Source of the DNA: Octopus bimaculoides
Taxonomy: Eukaryota
DNA length: 42,244 nucleotides
Assembly (NCBI RefSeq): GCF_001194135.2
Contig: NC_069001.1
Span: forward strand, 31,482,677 to 31,524,920
Reading direction: 5' to 3'
The notes under the pieces are model-generated. The model had not been told where the DNA came from. It ran no database searches and was given only the letters and a program-made list of their open reading frames with translations. Shown here one piece after another: positions 1 to 12,395 of this stretch (within the stretch, counting starts at the first letter, position 1; every line of letters starts with the position of its first letter). The position numbers were made by a program, and so were the translations under genes.

Positions 1-3000
1 CGAACGTAAGTACGAACGAACGAACATATATAGGTACGAACGATTCAGCGAACGAACCTACGTACGCAGGTAACAAATAACGAAAGAACGTAAGTACGTA
101 CGAACGAACGTACGTACGTAGGCAGGAAATATAGAAAGAACGTACGTACGAACGAACGTACGTACGTTAGTACGGATAAACGAACGTACGTACGTAAGTA
201 CGAACGAACGTACATATATAAGTAGGTACGAACGAACGTACATATATAAGTAGGTACGAACGATTGAACGAACGAACATACGTACGCAGGTAACAAATAA
301 CGAAAGAAAGTAAGTACGTACGATGGGACGTACGTACGTAGGCAGAAAATAACGAAAGAACGAACGTACGTACGAACGACCGTACGTACGTAGGCAGGAA
401 ATATAGAAAGAACGTACGTACGAACGAACGTACGTACGTTAGTACGAATAACCGAACGTACGTACGTAAGTACGAACGAACGTACATATATAAGTACGTA
501 CGAACGATTGAAGGAACGAACGTACGTACGCAGGAAGGAAATTACGAAAGAACGTACGTACGAACGAACGAAATTACGTACGTACGTACGTATGAACGAT
601 CGAACGACCGAACATACGTATGTACGAACGAATGAAAGAACGAACGTACGAACGAATGAACGAACGTACTTACGTACGTTCCAAGGAACNNNNNNNNNNN
701 NNNNNNNNNNNNNNNNNNNNNNNNNNNNNNNNNNNNNNNNNNNNNNNNNNNNNNNNNNNNNNNNNNNNNNNNNNNNNNNNNNNNNNNNNNNNNNNNNNNN
801 NNNNNNNNNNNNNNNNNNNNNNNNNNNNNNNNNNNNNNNNNNNNNNNNNNNNNNNNNNNNNNNNNNNNNNNNNNNNNNNNNNNNNNNNNNNNNNNNNNNN
901 NNNNNNNNNNNNNNNNNNNNNNNNNNNNNNNNNNNNNNNNNNNNNNNNNNNNNNNNNNNNNNNNNNNNNNNNNNNNNNNNNNNNNNNNNNNNNNNNNNNN
1001 NNNNNNNNNNNNNNNNNNNNNNNNNNNNNNNNNNNNNNNNNNNNNNNNNNNNNNNNNNNNNNNNNNNNNNNNNNNNNNNNNNNNNNNNNNNNNNNNNNNN
1101 NNNNNNNNNNNNNNNNNNNNNNNNNNNNNNNNNNNNNNNNNNNNNNNNNNNNNNNNNNNNNNNNNNNNNNNNNNNNNNNNNNNNNNNNNNNNNNNNNNNN
1201 NNNNNNNNNNNNNNNNNNNNNNNNNNNAGCAAATAACGAAAGAACGTGCGTACGTAGGAACGACCCAACGTATGAACGACGGAACGTACGTATAAACGAA
1301 CAAACGAACGTAAGTACGTACTAACGAACGTACATATACACGTACGTACGTACGATTGAAGGAACGAACGTACATACGCAGGAAGGAAATAACGAATGAA
1401 CGTACGTACGTACGAACAAACGAAAGAACAAACAAACGAATAAACGTACGTACGTCCTTACGACCAAGCGAACGAACGAACAAAAGTACGTAGGAAAGAA
1501 CGAACGAACAAAACGAACGTACAAACGTACAAATGAAGGAACGAACGTATTTACGTCCGAACGAAGAAACGAACGAACGTAAGTACTAACGAACGTACAT
1601 ATATAGGTACGTACGTATTACGCAGGCAGCAAATAACGAAAGAACGAACGTACATAAGTCCGAACGAAGAAACGAATGAACGTAAGTACGTAATTGCGAA
1701 TAAACGAACGTACGTACGTAAGTACGAACGAACGTACATATATACGTACGTACGAACGATTGAACGAACGAACGTACGTACGCAGGTAACAAATATCGAA
1801 AGAAAGTAAGTACGTACGATGGGACGTACGTACGCAGGCAGGAAATAACGAAAGAAGGGACGTACGAACGTTCGTACGTACGAACGTACGTACGTAGGAA
1901 CTCACGTACGTCTTACGTAGGTAGGAAATAACGAAAGAACGTACCTACGTACGTACGAACGAAGAAACGAACGGATGTACGTACGTAACCTCGAACGAAC
2001 GAACGTACGTACGTATTACGTAGGCAGGAAATAACGAAAGAACGTACGTACTTACGAACGAACGTACGATAGAACGAAAGTACGTATTATATAGGAAGGA
2101 AATAACAAAAGAACGTACGTACGTACGAACTAACGAACGTTCGTTCTTTCGTACGTACGTAAGTCCGAACGAACGTATAAATATACGTACGTACGGACGA
2201 ACGATTGAAGGAACGAACGTACGTTCGCAGGAAGGAAATAACGAAAGAACGTACGTACGAACGAACGAACTTACGTACGTACGTACGTATGAACGATCGA
2301 ACGAAGGAACGTACGTTTGTACGAACGAATGAATGAACGAACGTACGTACGTAAGTACGTATGAACGTACATATATACGTACGTACGAACGATTGAACGA
2401 ACGAACAAATGTACGTACGAATTACGTTGTCAGGAAATAACGAAAGAACGTACGTACGTACGAACGAACCTACGTACAAACGAACCAAAGTACGTATGAA
2501 CGAACAAACGAACGGACGTACGAAGGAACGTACGTACGTAAGTACGAAGGAACGTACATATACACGTACGTACGTCCGTACGCTGGAAGGAAATAACGAA
2601 AGAACTAAATAAGTACGAACAAACGTACGAACGAACGTAGGCAGGAAATAACGAAAGACCGTACGAACGAACGTACGTACGAACGAACGAACGTACCAAC
2701 GAACGAACGAACGAACCTACGTATTACGTAGGCAGGAATTAATGAAAGATCGTACGTACGTACGAACGATGAATCGAACGAACATACGTACGTATGTAAG
2801 TACGAACGAACGAACGTACGTACGTATTACGTAGGCAGGAAATAACGAAAGAACGTGCGTACGTACGAACGAACCAACGTATGAACGAATGAACGTACGT
2901 AAAAACGAACAAACGAATGTACGTACGTACGAACGAACGTACATATACACGTACGTACGTACGATTGAATGAACGAACAAAAGAACGTACAAGCGTACGA

Positions 3001-6000
3001 ATGAAGGAAAGAACGTACTTACGTACGTACGGACGACGGAAGGAACTTACGTGCGTACGTACGTATGAATGATCGAACGAACGTATGTGCGTATGTAGGA
3101 ACTAATGAATGAACGAACGTACGTACGTAAGTAAGAACGAAGGTACATATATACGTACGTAAGAACGATTCAACGAACGAACGTGCGTATGCAGGTAAGA
3201 AATAACGAAAGAAGTACGTACTTACGATGGCACGTACGTACGTAAGCAGGAAATAACGAAAGAAGGGACGTACAAACGAACGTACGTACGAACGAACGTA
3301 CGTACGAAGGAACTTACGTACGTATTACGTAGGTAGGAAATAACGAAAGAACGTACCTACGTACGTACGATCGAAGAAACGAACGGATATACGTACGTAT
3401 ACTCCAACGAACGTACGTACGTATTACGTAGGCAGGAAATAACGAAAGAACGTACGTACTTACGAACGAACGAACGTACGATCGAAAGAACGTACGAACG
3501 AACGAACGTAGAGAACAAACGACCGTACGAACGAACGAACGTACGTATGAACAAACGAACGAACGTAAATACGTACGAACGAACGAACGTACGTAGGCAG
3601 GAAATAACGTAGGAACCGACGAACGAACGATCGTACGTACGAACGATCGTACGTCCGAACGATCGTACGTACGAACAATCGTACGTACGAACGAAGGAAC
3701 GAAGGTACGTACGAAAGTCAAACAAATGAACGAACGTACGTATTACATAGGAAGGAAATAACGAAAGAACGTACGTACGTACGAAGAAACGAACGTACGC
3801 ACGTACGAACGAACATACAAATATACGTACGTACGTACGAACGATTGAAGGAACGAACGTACGTACGCAGAAAGGAAATAACGAAAGAACGTACGTACGA
3901 ACGAACGAACTTACGTACGTACGTACGTATGAACGATCTAACGAACGAATATACGTATGTACGAACGAATGAAAGAACGAACGTACGAACGAACGAAAGA
4001 ACGTACGTACGTACGTTCCAAGGAACGAACGTACGTACGAACAAACGTACGTACGAACGAACGTACATATATACGTACGAACGATTGAACGAACGAACGT
4101 ACATACGCAGGTAAGAAATAACGAAAGAACGTAAGTACGTACGAACGAACGTACGTACGTACGTAGGCAGGAAATAACTAAAGACCGTACGAACGAACGT
4201 ACATACGAACGAACGAACGAACGTACGAACGAACGAACGAACATACCTACGTATTACGTAGGCAGGAATTAACGAAATATCGTACGTACGTACGAACGAA
4301 GACACGAACGAACTAACGGACGTAAGTAAATACGAAAGAACGTACGTACGTACGAACGAACCGACGTACGAACAAACCTACGTATGAACGAACAAACGAA
4401 CGTACGTACTAACGAACGTGCGTACGAACGAACGTACGGACGAAAGTACGAACGAACGTACATATACACGTACGTATGTACAAAAGATTGAAAGAACGTA
4501 CGTACGTTCGCTGGAAGAAAATTACGAAAGAACGTAAGTACGTACGAACGAAAGTACGTACACAGCGAAGAAATAACGAAAGAACGTACGTACGTACAAA
4601 CGAGCATATGAAGGATCATACGTACGTACGAACGAACGTACGTACGTATTACGTAGGCAGGAATTAACGAAAGATCGTACGTACGTACGAACGAACTTAC
4701 GTACGTATGTAAGTACGAACGAACGAACGTACGTACGTATTACGTAGGCAGGAAATAACTGAAGAACGTGCGTACGTACGTACAAACCAACGCATGATCG
4801 ACCGAAGCTACGTATAAAAGAACAAACGAACGTACGTACGTACGAACGAACGTACATATACACGTACGTACGTACGATTGAAGGAACGAACGTACGTACG
4901 CAGGAAGGAAATAACGAATATACGTACGTACGTCCTTACGACCAAACGAACGAACGAACGAACAAACGAACATACTAACGTACAAATGAAGGAACGAACA
5001 TACTTACGTAAGTACGTACGGGCGAACGAACTTAAGTACGAACGAACGTACTTTTATTGGTACTTACGAACGATTCAACGATCGAAACTACGTAAGGAGG
5101 TAAGAAATAACGAAAGAACGTAAGTATGTACGAAAGAACGTACGTACGTAGGCAGGAAATAAAGAAAGAACGGACGTACGAACAATCGTACGTACGGACG
5201 AACTTACGTACGTACGTATTACGTAGGCAGCAAATACCGAAAGAACGTACGTACGTACAAACGAAGAAACGAACGAACGTACGTACGTAAGTACGAACAA
5301 ACGAACGTACGTACGTATTACATCGGAAGGAAATAACGAAAGAACTTACGTAATTAAAAACGTTTGTACGAACGAACGTTCGAACGAATGAAACGAACGA
5401 ACGTTCGAACGAATGAAACGAACGAACGTAATTATGACCGAAAGAACGAACGTACGTACGTACTTAGGACCGCAAGAACGAACGAACGAACGTACGTAAG
5501 AAGGAAGGAACGAACAAACGAACGTACAAACGTACAAATGAAGGAACGAAGTACTTACGTACGTACGTACAGACGAAGGAAGGAACTTACGTACGTACGT
5601 ATGAATGATCGAGCGAACGTATGTGCGTATGTAGGAACTAATGAAAGAACGAACGTACGTACGTAAGTACGAACGAACGTACATATATACGTACGTAAGA
5701 ACGATTCAACGAACGAACGTACGTACGCAGGTAAGAAATAACGACAGAAAGTACGTACGATGGAACGTATTTACGATGGAACGAACGTACGATCGAACGA
5801 ACGTACGAACGAACGAACGTACGTACGAACGAACGTAGAAAACGAAGGACCGTACGAACGAATGAACGTACGTATGAACGAACGAACGTAAGTAAGTACG
5901 TACGAACGACAGTACGTACGTAGGCAGGAAATAACGTAAGAACGGACGTACAATCGATCGTACATACGAATGAGCGTACGTTCGAACGATCGTACGTACG

Positions 6001-9000
6001 AAACGAAGTACATATATACGTACGTACGAACGATTGAAGGAACGAACGTACGTACGTATTACGTAGGCAGGAAATAAGGAAAGAACGTACGTACTTACGA
6101 TGGAACGAATGTACGATCGAAACAAAGTACGAACGAACGAACGTATGAACGAACGAACGTAGAGAACGAACGACCGTACGAACGAATGAACGTACGTATG
6201 AACGACCGAACGAACGTACAAACGATCGTACATACGATCGTACAAACGATCGTACAAACGATCGTAATAACGAAAGAAGGGACGAACGAACGATCGTACG
6301 TACGAACGAACGTACGTACGAACGAACGTACGTACGAAGGAACTTACGAACGTACTACGTAGGTAGGAAATAACGAAAGAACGTAGCTACGTACGTACGA
6401 ACGAAGAAACGAACGGATGTACGTACGTAAACTCGAACGAACGAAGTTACGTACGTTTTACGTAGGCAGGAAATAACGAAAGAACGTACGTACTTACGAA
6501 GGAACGAACGTACGATCGAACGAACGTACGAACGAACGAACGTACGAACGAACGAACGTACGAACAAACGAACGTAGAGAACAAACGACTGGACGAACAA
6601 ACGAACGTACGTATGAACGAACGAACGAACGTAAGTAAGTACGTACGAACGAACGTACGTACGTAGGTAGGAAACAACGTAAGAACGGACGTACAAACGA
6701 TCGTACGTACCAACTTTCGTACCTACGAACGATCGTACGTCCGAACGAACGTACGTACGTAAGTACGAAACGAACGTACATATATACGTACGTAGGAACG
6801 ATTGAAGGAACGAACGTATGTACGCAGGAAGGAAATAACGAAAGAACGTACGTACGAACGAACGAACTTACGTACGTACGTATGAACGATCGAACGAACG
6901 CACATACGTATGTACGAACGAATGAAAGAACGAACGTACGTACGTAAGTACATACGAACGTACATATATACGTACGTACATACGAATGATTGAACGAACG
7001 AACGTACGCAGGTACGAAATAACGAAAAACCGTACGAACGAACGTACGTACGAAACAACGAATTAACGAACGAACGAACGTACGTACGTACGTATGAACG
7101 AACGTACATATACACGTACGTACGTACGATTGATGGAACGAACGTACGAATGTACGAACAAACGAACAAACAAACGAATGAACGTACGTACGTCCTTATG
7201 ACCAAACGAACGTACAAACGTACAAATGAAGGAACGAACGTAAGTAAGTACGAACGAACGTACGTAGGCAGGAAATATAGAAAGAACGTACGTACGAACG
7301 AACGTACGTACGTATTACGCAGGCAGCAAATAAGGAAAGAACGAACGTACATACGTCCGAACGAAGAAACGAACGAACGTACGTACGTAAGTACGAATAA
7401 AGGAACGTACGTACGTAAGTACGAACGAACGTACATATATAAGTACGTACGAACGATTGAACGAACGAACATACCTACGCAGGTAACAAATAACGAAAGA
7501 AAGTAAGTACGTACGATGGGACGTACGTACGCAGGCAGGAAATAACGAAAGAAGGGACGTACGAACTAACGAAGTTCGTTCCTTCGTACGAGCGATCGTA
7601 CGTACGAACGATCGTACATATATACGTACGTGCGTACGAATGATTGAAGGAACGAACGTACGTTCGCAGGAAGGAAATAACGAAAGAACGTACGTAGGAA
7701 CGAACGAACTCACGTACGTACGTACGTATGAACGATCGAACGAAGGAACGTACGTTTGTACAAACGTACGTACGTATGTACATACGAACGTACGTATATA
7801 CGTACGTACGTACGAACGATTGAACGAACGTACGTACGCAGTTAAGAAATAACGAAAGAACGTAAGTACGTACGAACGAACGTACGTACGTATGTATGCA
7901 GGAAATAACAAAAGACCGTACGAACGAACGAACGTACGAACGAAGGAACGTAACTACGTATTACGTAGGCAGGAATTAACGAAATATCGTACGTACGTAC
8001 GAACGAAGAAATGAACGAACTTACGGATGTAAGTAAATACGAACGAACGAACGTACGTATGAACGAACAAACGAACGTACGTACGAATGAATGTACTTAC
8101 GTAAGTACCTACGAACGTACATATACAAGTACGTACGTACGAATGATTGAAGGAACGTACTTACGTACGCTGGAAGGAAATAACGAAAGAACGTAAGTAC
8201 GTACGAACGAACGTACGTTCGGAACGAAGAAATAACGAAAGAAAGTATGTATGTACGAACGAACGTATGAACGAACATACGTACGTACGAACGAACGTAC
8301 GTACGTACGAACGAACGTACGTACGTATTACGTAGTCAGGAATTAACGAAAGATCGTACGTACGAACGAACGTACATATACACGTACGTACGTACGATTG
8401 AAAGAAAGAACGTACGTAAGCAGGAAGAAAATAACGAGTGAACGTACGTACGTACGAACAAACAAACGAACAAACAAACGAATATACGCACGTACGTCCT
8501 TACGACCAAATGAACGAACGAACGATCGTACGTAGGAAAGAACCAATGAACAAACGAACGTACAAACGTACAAATGAAGGAACGAACGTACTTACGTCAG
8601 GACGTACGGACGAACGAACGGAAGTACAAACGAACGTACATATATAGGTACGTACGAACGATTCAACGAACGAACCTATGTACGCAGGTAAGAAATAACG
8701 AAATAACGTAAGTACGTACGTACATAGGCAGCAAATAAAGAAAGAACGTACGTACGAACGAACGTACGTAGGTATTACGTAGGCAGCAAATGACGAAAGA
8801 ACGAACGTACGTACGTACGAACGAGGAAGCGAACGAACGTACGTACGTATTACACTGGAAGGAAATAACGAAAGAACTTACGTACACACGAACGTATGTA
8901 CGAAGGAACGTTCGAACGAATGAACGTACGAAGGTACTTACGACAGAAACAACGAACGAACGAACGTACGTACGTACTTACGACAGAAAGAACGAACGAA

Positions 9001-11566
9001 CGAACTTACGTAAGAAGGAACGAACGAACGTACAAACGTACGAATGAAGGAACGAACGTACTTACGTACGTATGTACGTACGTACGTACGGACGAAGGAA
9101 GAAACATACGTACGTACGTATGAATGATCGAACGAACGTTTGTGCGTACGTAGGAACTAATGAAAGAACGAACGTATGTACATATATGCGTACGTACGAA
9201 CGATTGAACGAACGAACGTACGTACGCAGGTAATAAATAACGAAAGAAAGTAAGTACGTACGATGGAACGTACGTACGTAGGCAGGAAATAACGAAAGAA
9301 GCGACGTACGAACGATCGTACGTACGAAACAACGTATGTACGAAGGAACTTGCGTACGTATTACCTAGGTAGGAAATAACGAATGAACGTACCTACGTAC
9401 GTACGAACGAAGAAACGAACGAACGAACGTACGTACGTATTACGTAGGCAGGAAATAACGAAACAACGTACGTACTTACGAACGTACGATCGAACGAACG
9501 TACGAACGAACGAACGTAGAGTACGAACGACCGCACGAACGAACGAACATACGTATGAACGAACATACGTATGAACGAAAGAACGTACGTACGCAGGTAA
9601 CAAATAACGAAAGAACGTAAGTAGGTACGAACGAACGTACGTACGTACCNNNNNNNNNNNNNNNNNNNNNNNNNNNNNNNNNNNNNNNNNNNNNNNNNNN
9701 NNNNNNNNNNNNNNNNNNNNNNNNNNNNNNNNNNTGAAGGAACGTACGTACACTGGAAGGAAATAACGAAAGAAGGTATGTACGTACGAACGAACGTACG
9801 TTCGGAACGAAGAAATAACGAAAGAAAGTATGTACGTACGAACGAACGTATGAACGAACATACGTACGTACGAACGAACGTACGTACGTATTACGTAGGC
9901 AGGAATTAACGAAAGATCGTACGTACGTACGAACGATCTTACGTACGTATGTAAGTACGAACGAATGAACGTACGTACGTATTAAGTAGGCAGGAAATAA
10001 CGAAATATCGTACGTACGAACGAAGAAACGAACGAACTTACGGATGTACGTAAATATGAACGAACGAACGTACGTACGACTTACGTTGGCAAGAAATAAC
10101 GAAAGAGAGTACATACGTATGAACGAACGAACGTACGCATGAACGAACAAACGAACGTACCTACGTAAGTACGAAAGAACTTACATATACACGTACGTAC
10201 GTACGAAAGATTGAAGGAACGAACGTACGTACGCTGGAAGGAAATAACGAAAGAACGTAAGTACGTACGAACGAACGTACGTACGCAGTGAAGAAATAAC
10301 GAAAGAACCTACGTACGTACGAACGAACGTATCAACGAACATACGTACGTACGAACGAATGTACGTAATATTACGTAGGCAGGAATTATCAAATGATCGT
10401 ACGTACGTACGAACGAAGAAACGAACGAAATTACGTACATATGTAAGTACGAAGGAACGATCGTACGTACGTATTGCGTAGGCCGGAAATAACGAAAGAA
10501 CGTGCGTACGAACGAACCAACCAACGTATGAACGAACCAACGTACGTACGAACCAACGTACGTACGTATGTACGAACGAACGTACATATACACGTACGTA
10601 CTTACGATTGAAGGAACGAACGAACAAACAAACGAATAAACGTACGTACGTCATTTCGACCAAACGAACGAACGAACAAACGCACAAATGAAGGAACGAA
10701 CGTACATACGTATGTACGTACGGACGAACGAACATAAGTATAAACGAACGTACATATATAGGTACGTACGCAGGTAAGAAATAACGAAAGAACATAAGTA
10801 GGTACGAACGAACGTACGTACGTAGGCAGAAAATAACGATAGAACGGACGTACGAACGATCGTACGTACAAACGAACTTACGTACGAACGAGCGTACGTA
10901 CGAACGAACGGACGTACTCACGATCGTACGTACGAACGATCGTACGTACGAACGATCGTACGTACGACCGAACGTACGTACAAGCGAAGGAACGTACGTA
11001 CGAACGACGGAACTAACGAACGTACGTACGTAAGTCAAACAAATACACGAACGTACGTATTACATAGGAAGGAAATAACGAAGGAACGTACGTACGTACG
11101 AACTAACGAACATTCGTTACGTCGTATGTACGAACAAACGTACGTACGTAAGTACTAACGAACGTACCTAAATACGTACGTACGTACGAACGATTGAAGG
11201 AACGAACGCACGTTCGCAGTAAGGAAATAACGAAAGAACGTACGTACGAACGAACGAACTTACGTACGTACGTACGTATGAACGATCGAACGAAGGAACG
11301 TACGTTTGTACGAACGAATGAAAGAATGAACGTACGTACGTAAGTACATACGAACGTACATATATACGTACGTACGTACGTACGAACGAACGTACGTACG
11401 TACGTATATATGTACGTACCTATGTACGGGTACGAACGAACGAACGTACGTATGAACGAACAAACGAACGTACATATACAAGTACGAACGTACGTACGAA
11501 CGAACGTACGTACGAACGAACGAACTTACGTACGTACGTATGAACGATTCAACGAACGAACATACG

Positions 11567-11570
<4 letters not shown>
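1..11570 (+). repeat. Complex tetramer-based satellite array, left arm (ACGA/AGGAAATAACGAAAGAAC polarity)
   Basis: Continuous mosaic of ACGT and ACGA tetramers with recurring anchors such as GTACGTATTACGTAGGCAGGAAATAACGAAAGAAC, ACGATTGAAGGAACGAACGTACGTACGCAGGAAGGAAAT and ACGTACATATATACGTACG. It is interrupted only by N-gaps at 690-1227 and 9650-9734. The strand label is a polarity convention. Confidence 0.97.
11354..11417. repeat. Perfect 28-bp inverted repeat with an 8-nt loop
   Basis: ACGTACATATATACGTACGTACGTACGT (11354-11381), loop ACGAACGA, then ACGTACGTACGTACGTATATATGTACGT (11390-11417), which is the exact reverse complement. Confidence 0.9.
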
Positions 11571-11609
<39 letters not shown>

Positions 11610-11617
11610 TTATTTAT
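11571..11617. repeat. (TA)n microsatellite (about 17 units) followed by a short (TTTA)n run
   Basis: Read directly: TATATA... at 11571-11605, then TTATTTATTTAT to 11617, ending at the N-gap. Confidence 0.95.
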
Positions 11618-11939
11618 NNNNNNNNNNNNNNNNNNNNNNNNNNNNNNNNNNNNNNNNNNNNNNNNNNNNNNNNNNNNNNNNNNNNNNNNNNNNNNNNNNN
11701 NNNNNNNNNNNNNNNNNNNNNNNNNNNNNNNNNNNNNNNNNNNNNNNNNNNNNNNNNNNNNNNNNNNNNNNNNNNNNNNNNNNNNNNNNNNNNNNNNNNN
11801 NNNNNNNNNNNNNNNNNNNNNNNNNNNNNNNNNNNNNNNNNNNNNNNNNNNNNNNNNNNNNNNNNNNNNNNNNNNNNNNNNNNNNNNNNNNNNNNNNNNN
11901 NNNNNNNNNNNNNNNNNNNNNNNNNNNNNNNNNNNNNNN

Positions 11940-12395
11940 GGACGGCACTTTTGGCACCATGCAGTGGCGACCCGTGCGGGCATTCCTGTAGTACTTGATG
12001 CCAAAGTTTGGCACCAGAGCTTTCAGTATTTTCCATATGTATATTATTACATATCTTTCCCGCCTGCGCTCCAGGGAGTAGAGACCTAGTGCCTTCAGTC
12101 GCTCCCTGTAGTTCATCTGTTGGACTGTGGCGATCTTTTTTGTATAGTGCCGCTGAATTGCCTCGAGTTCTGCTGTCCGCTTAACACTGTGTGGTGACCA
12201 TAACTGAGAGTAATAGTCTAGGCGGCTCAGAACAAATGTCTTCCATAGAGTCAACATGACTTTTTGGTCCCTTGTACGGAATGTCCTCAGTATCTACCAT
12301 GCCAGTTGTCTGCAATGTGCTGTCAACTTGACAATGTGCATGTGTAATGATGCATCACAACACATGTTGATGCCCAGATCTCTTACTGTTTGTGG
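11940..12395 (-). mobile_element. Fragment of a non-LTR retrotransposon (LINE, CR1/L2-type clade), 3' part of ORF2
   Basis: The only high-complexity sequence in the window. The minus strand translates as PQTVRDLGINMCCDASLHMHIVKLTAHCRQLAW*ILRTFRTRDQKVMLTLWKTFVLSRLDYYSQLWSP...LEAIQRHYTKKI...RLKALGLYSLERRRERY.... The DLG, ILRTF, LDY-SQLWSP and L-SLE-RR motifs are characteristic of the end of the RT domain and the C-terminal region of CR1-type ORF2. Both ends run into N-gaps. The family assignment comes from motif recognition, not from a search. Confidence 0.88.
11940..12395 (-). pseudogene. Disrupted LINE ORF2 (reverse transcriptase C-terminal region) remnant, 152 codons
   Basis: One reading frame runs from 12395 down to 11940, with a single in-frame TAG at 12296-12294 where the family typically has Trp (GWILRTF-like motif). 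The ATG at 12257 that starts the provided 215-aa ORF is an internal Met, not a true start. Confidence 0.8.

Noticed and set aside
198-253. 28-bp perfect tandem duplication (GTACGAACGAACGTACATATATAAGTAG x2) and short perfect palindromes such as 1860-1879
   Set aside because: These are real but expected from ordinary slippage and from the self-complementary ACGT background, so they are not informative on their own.
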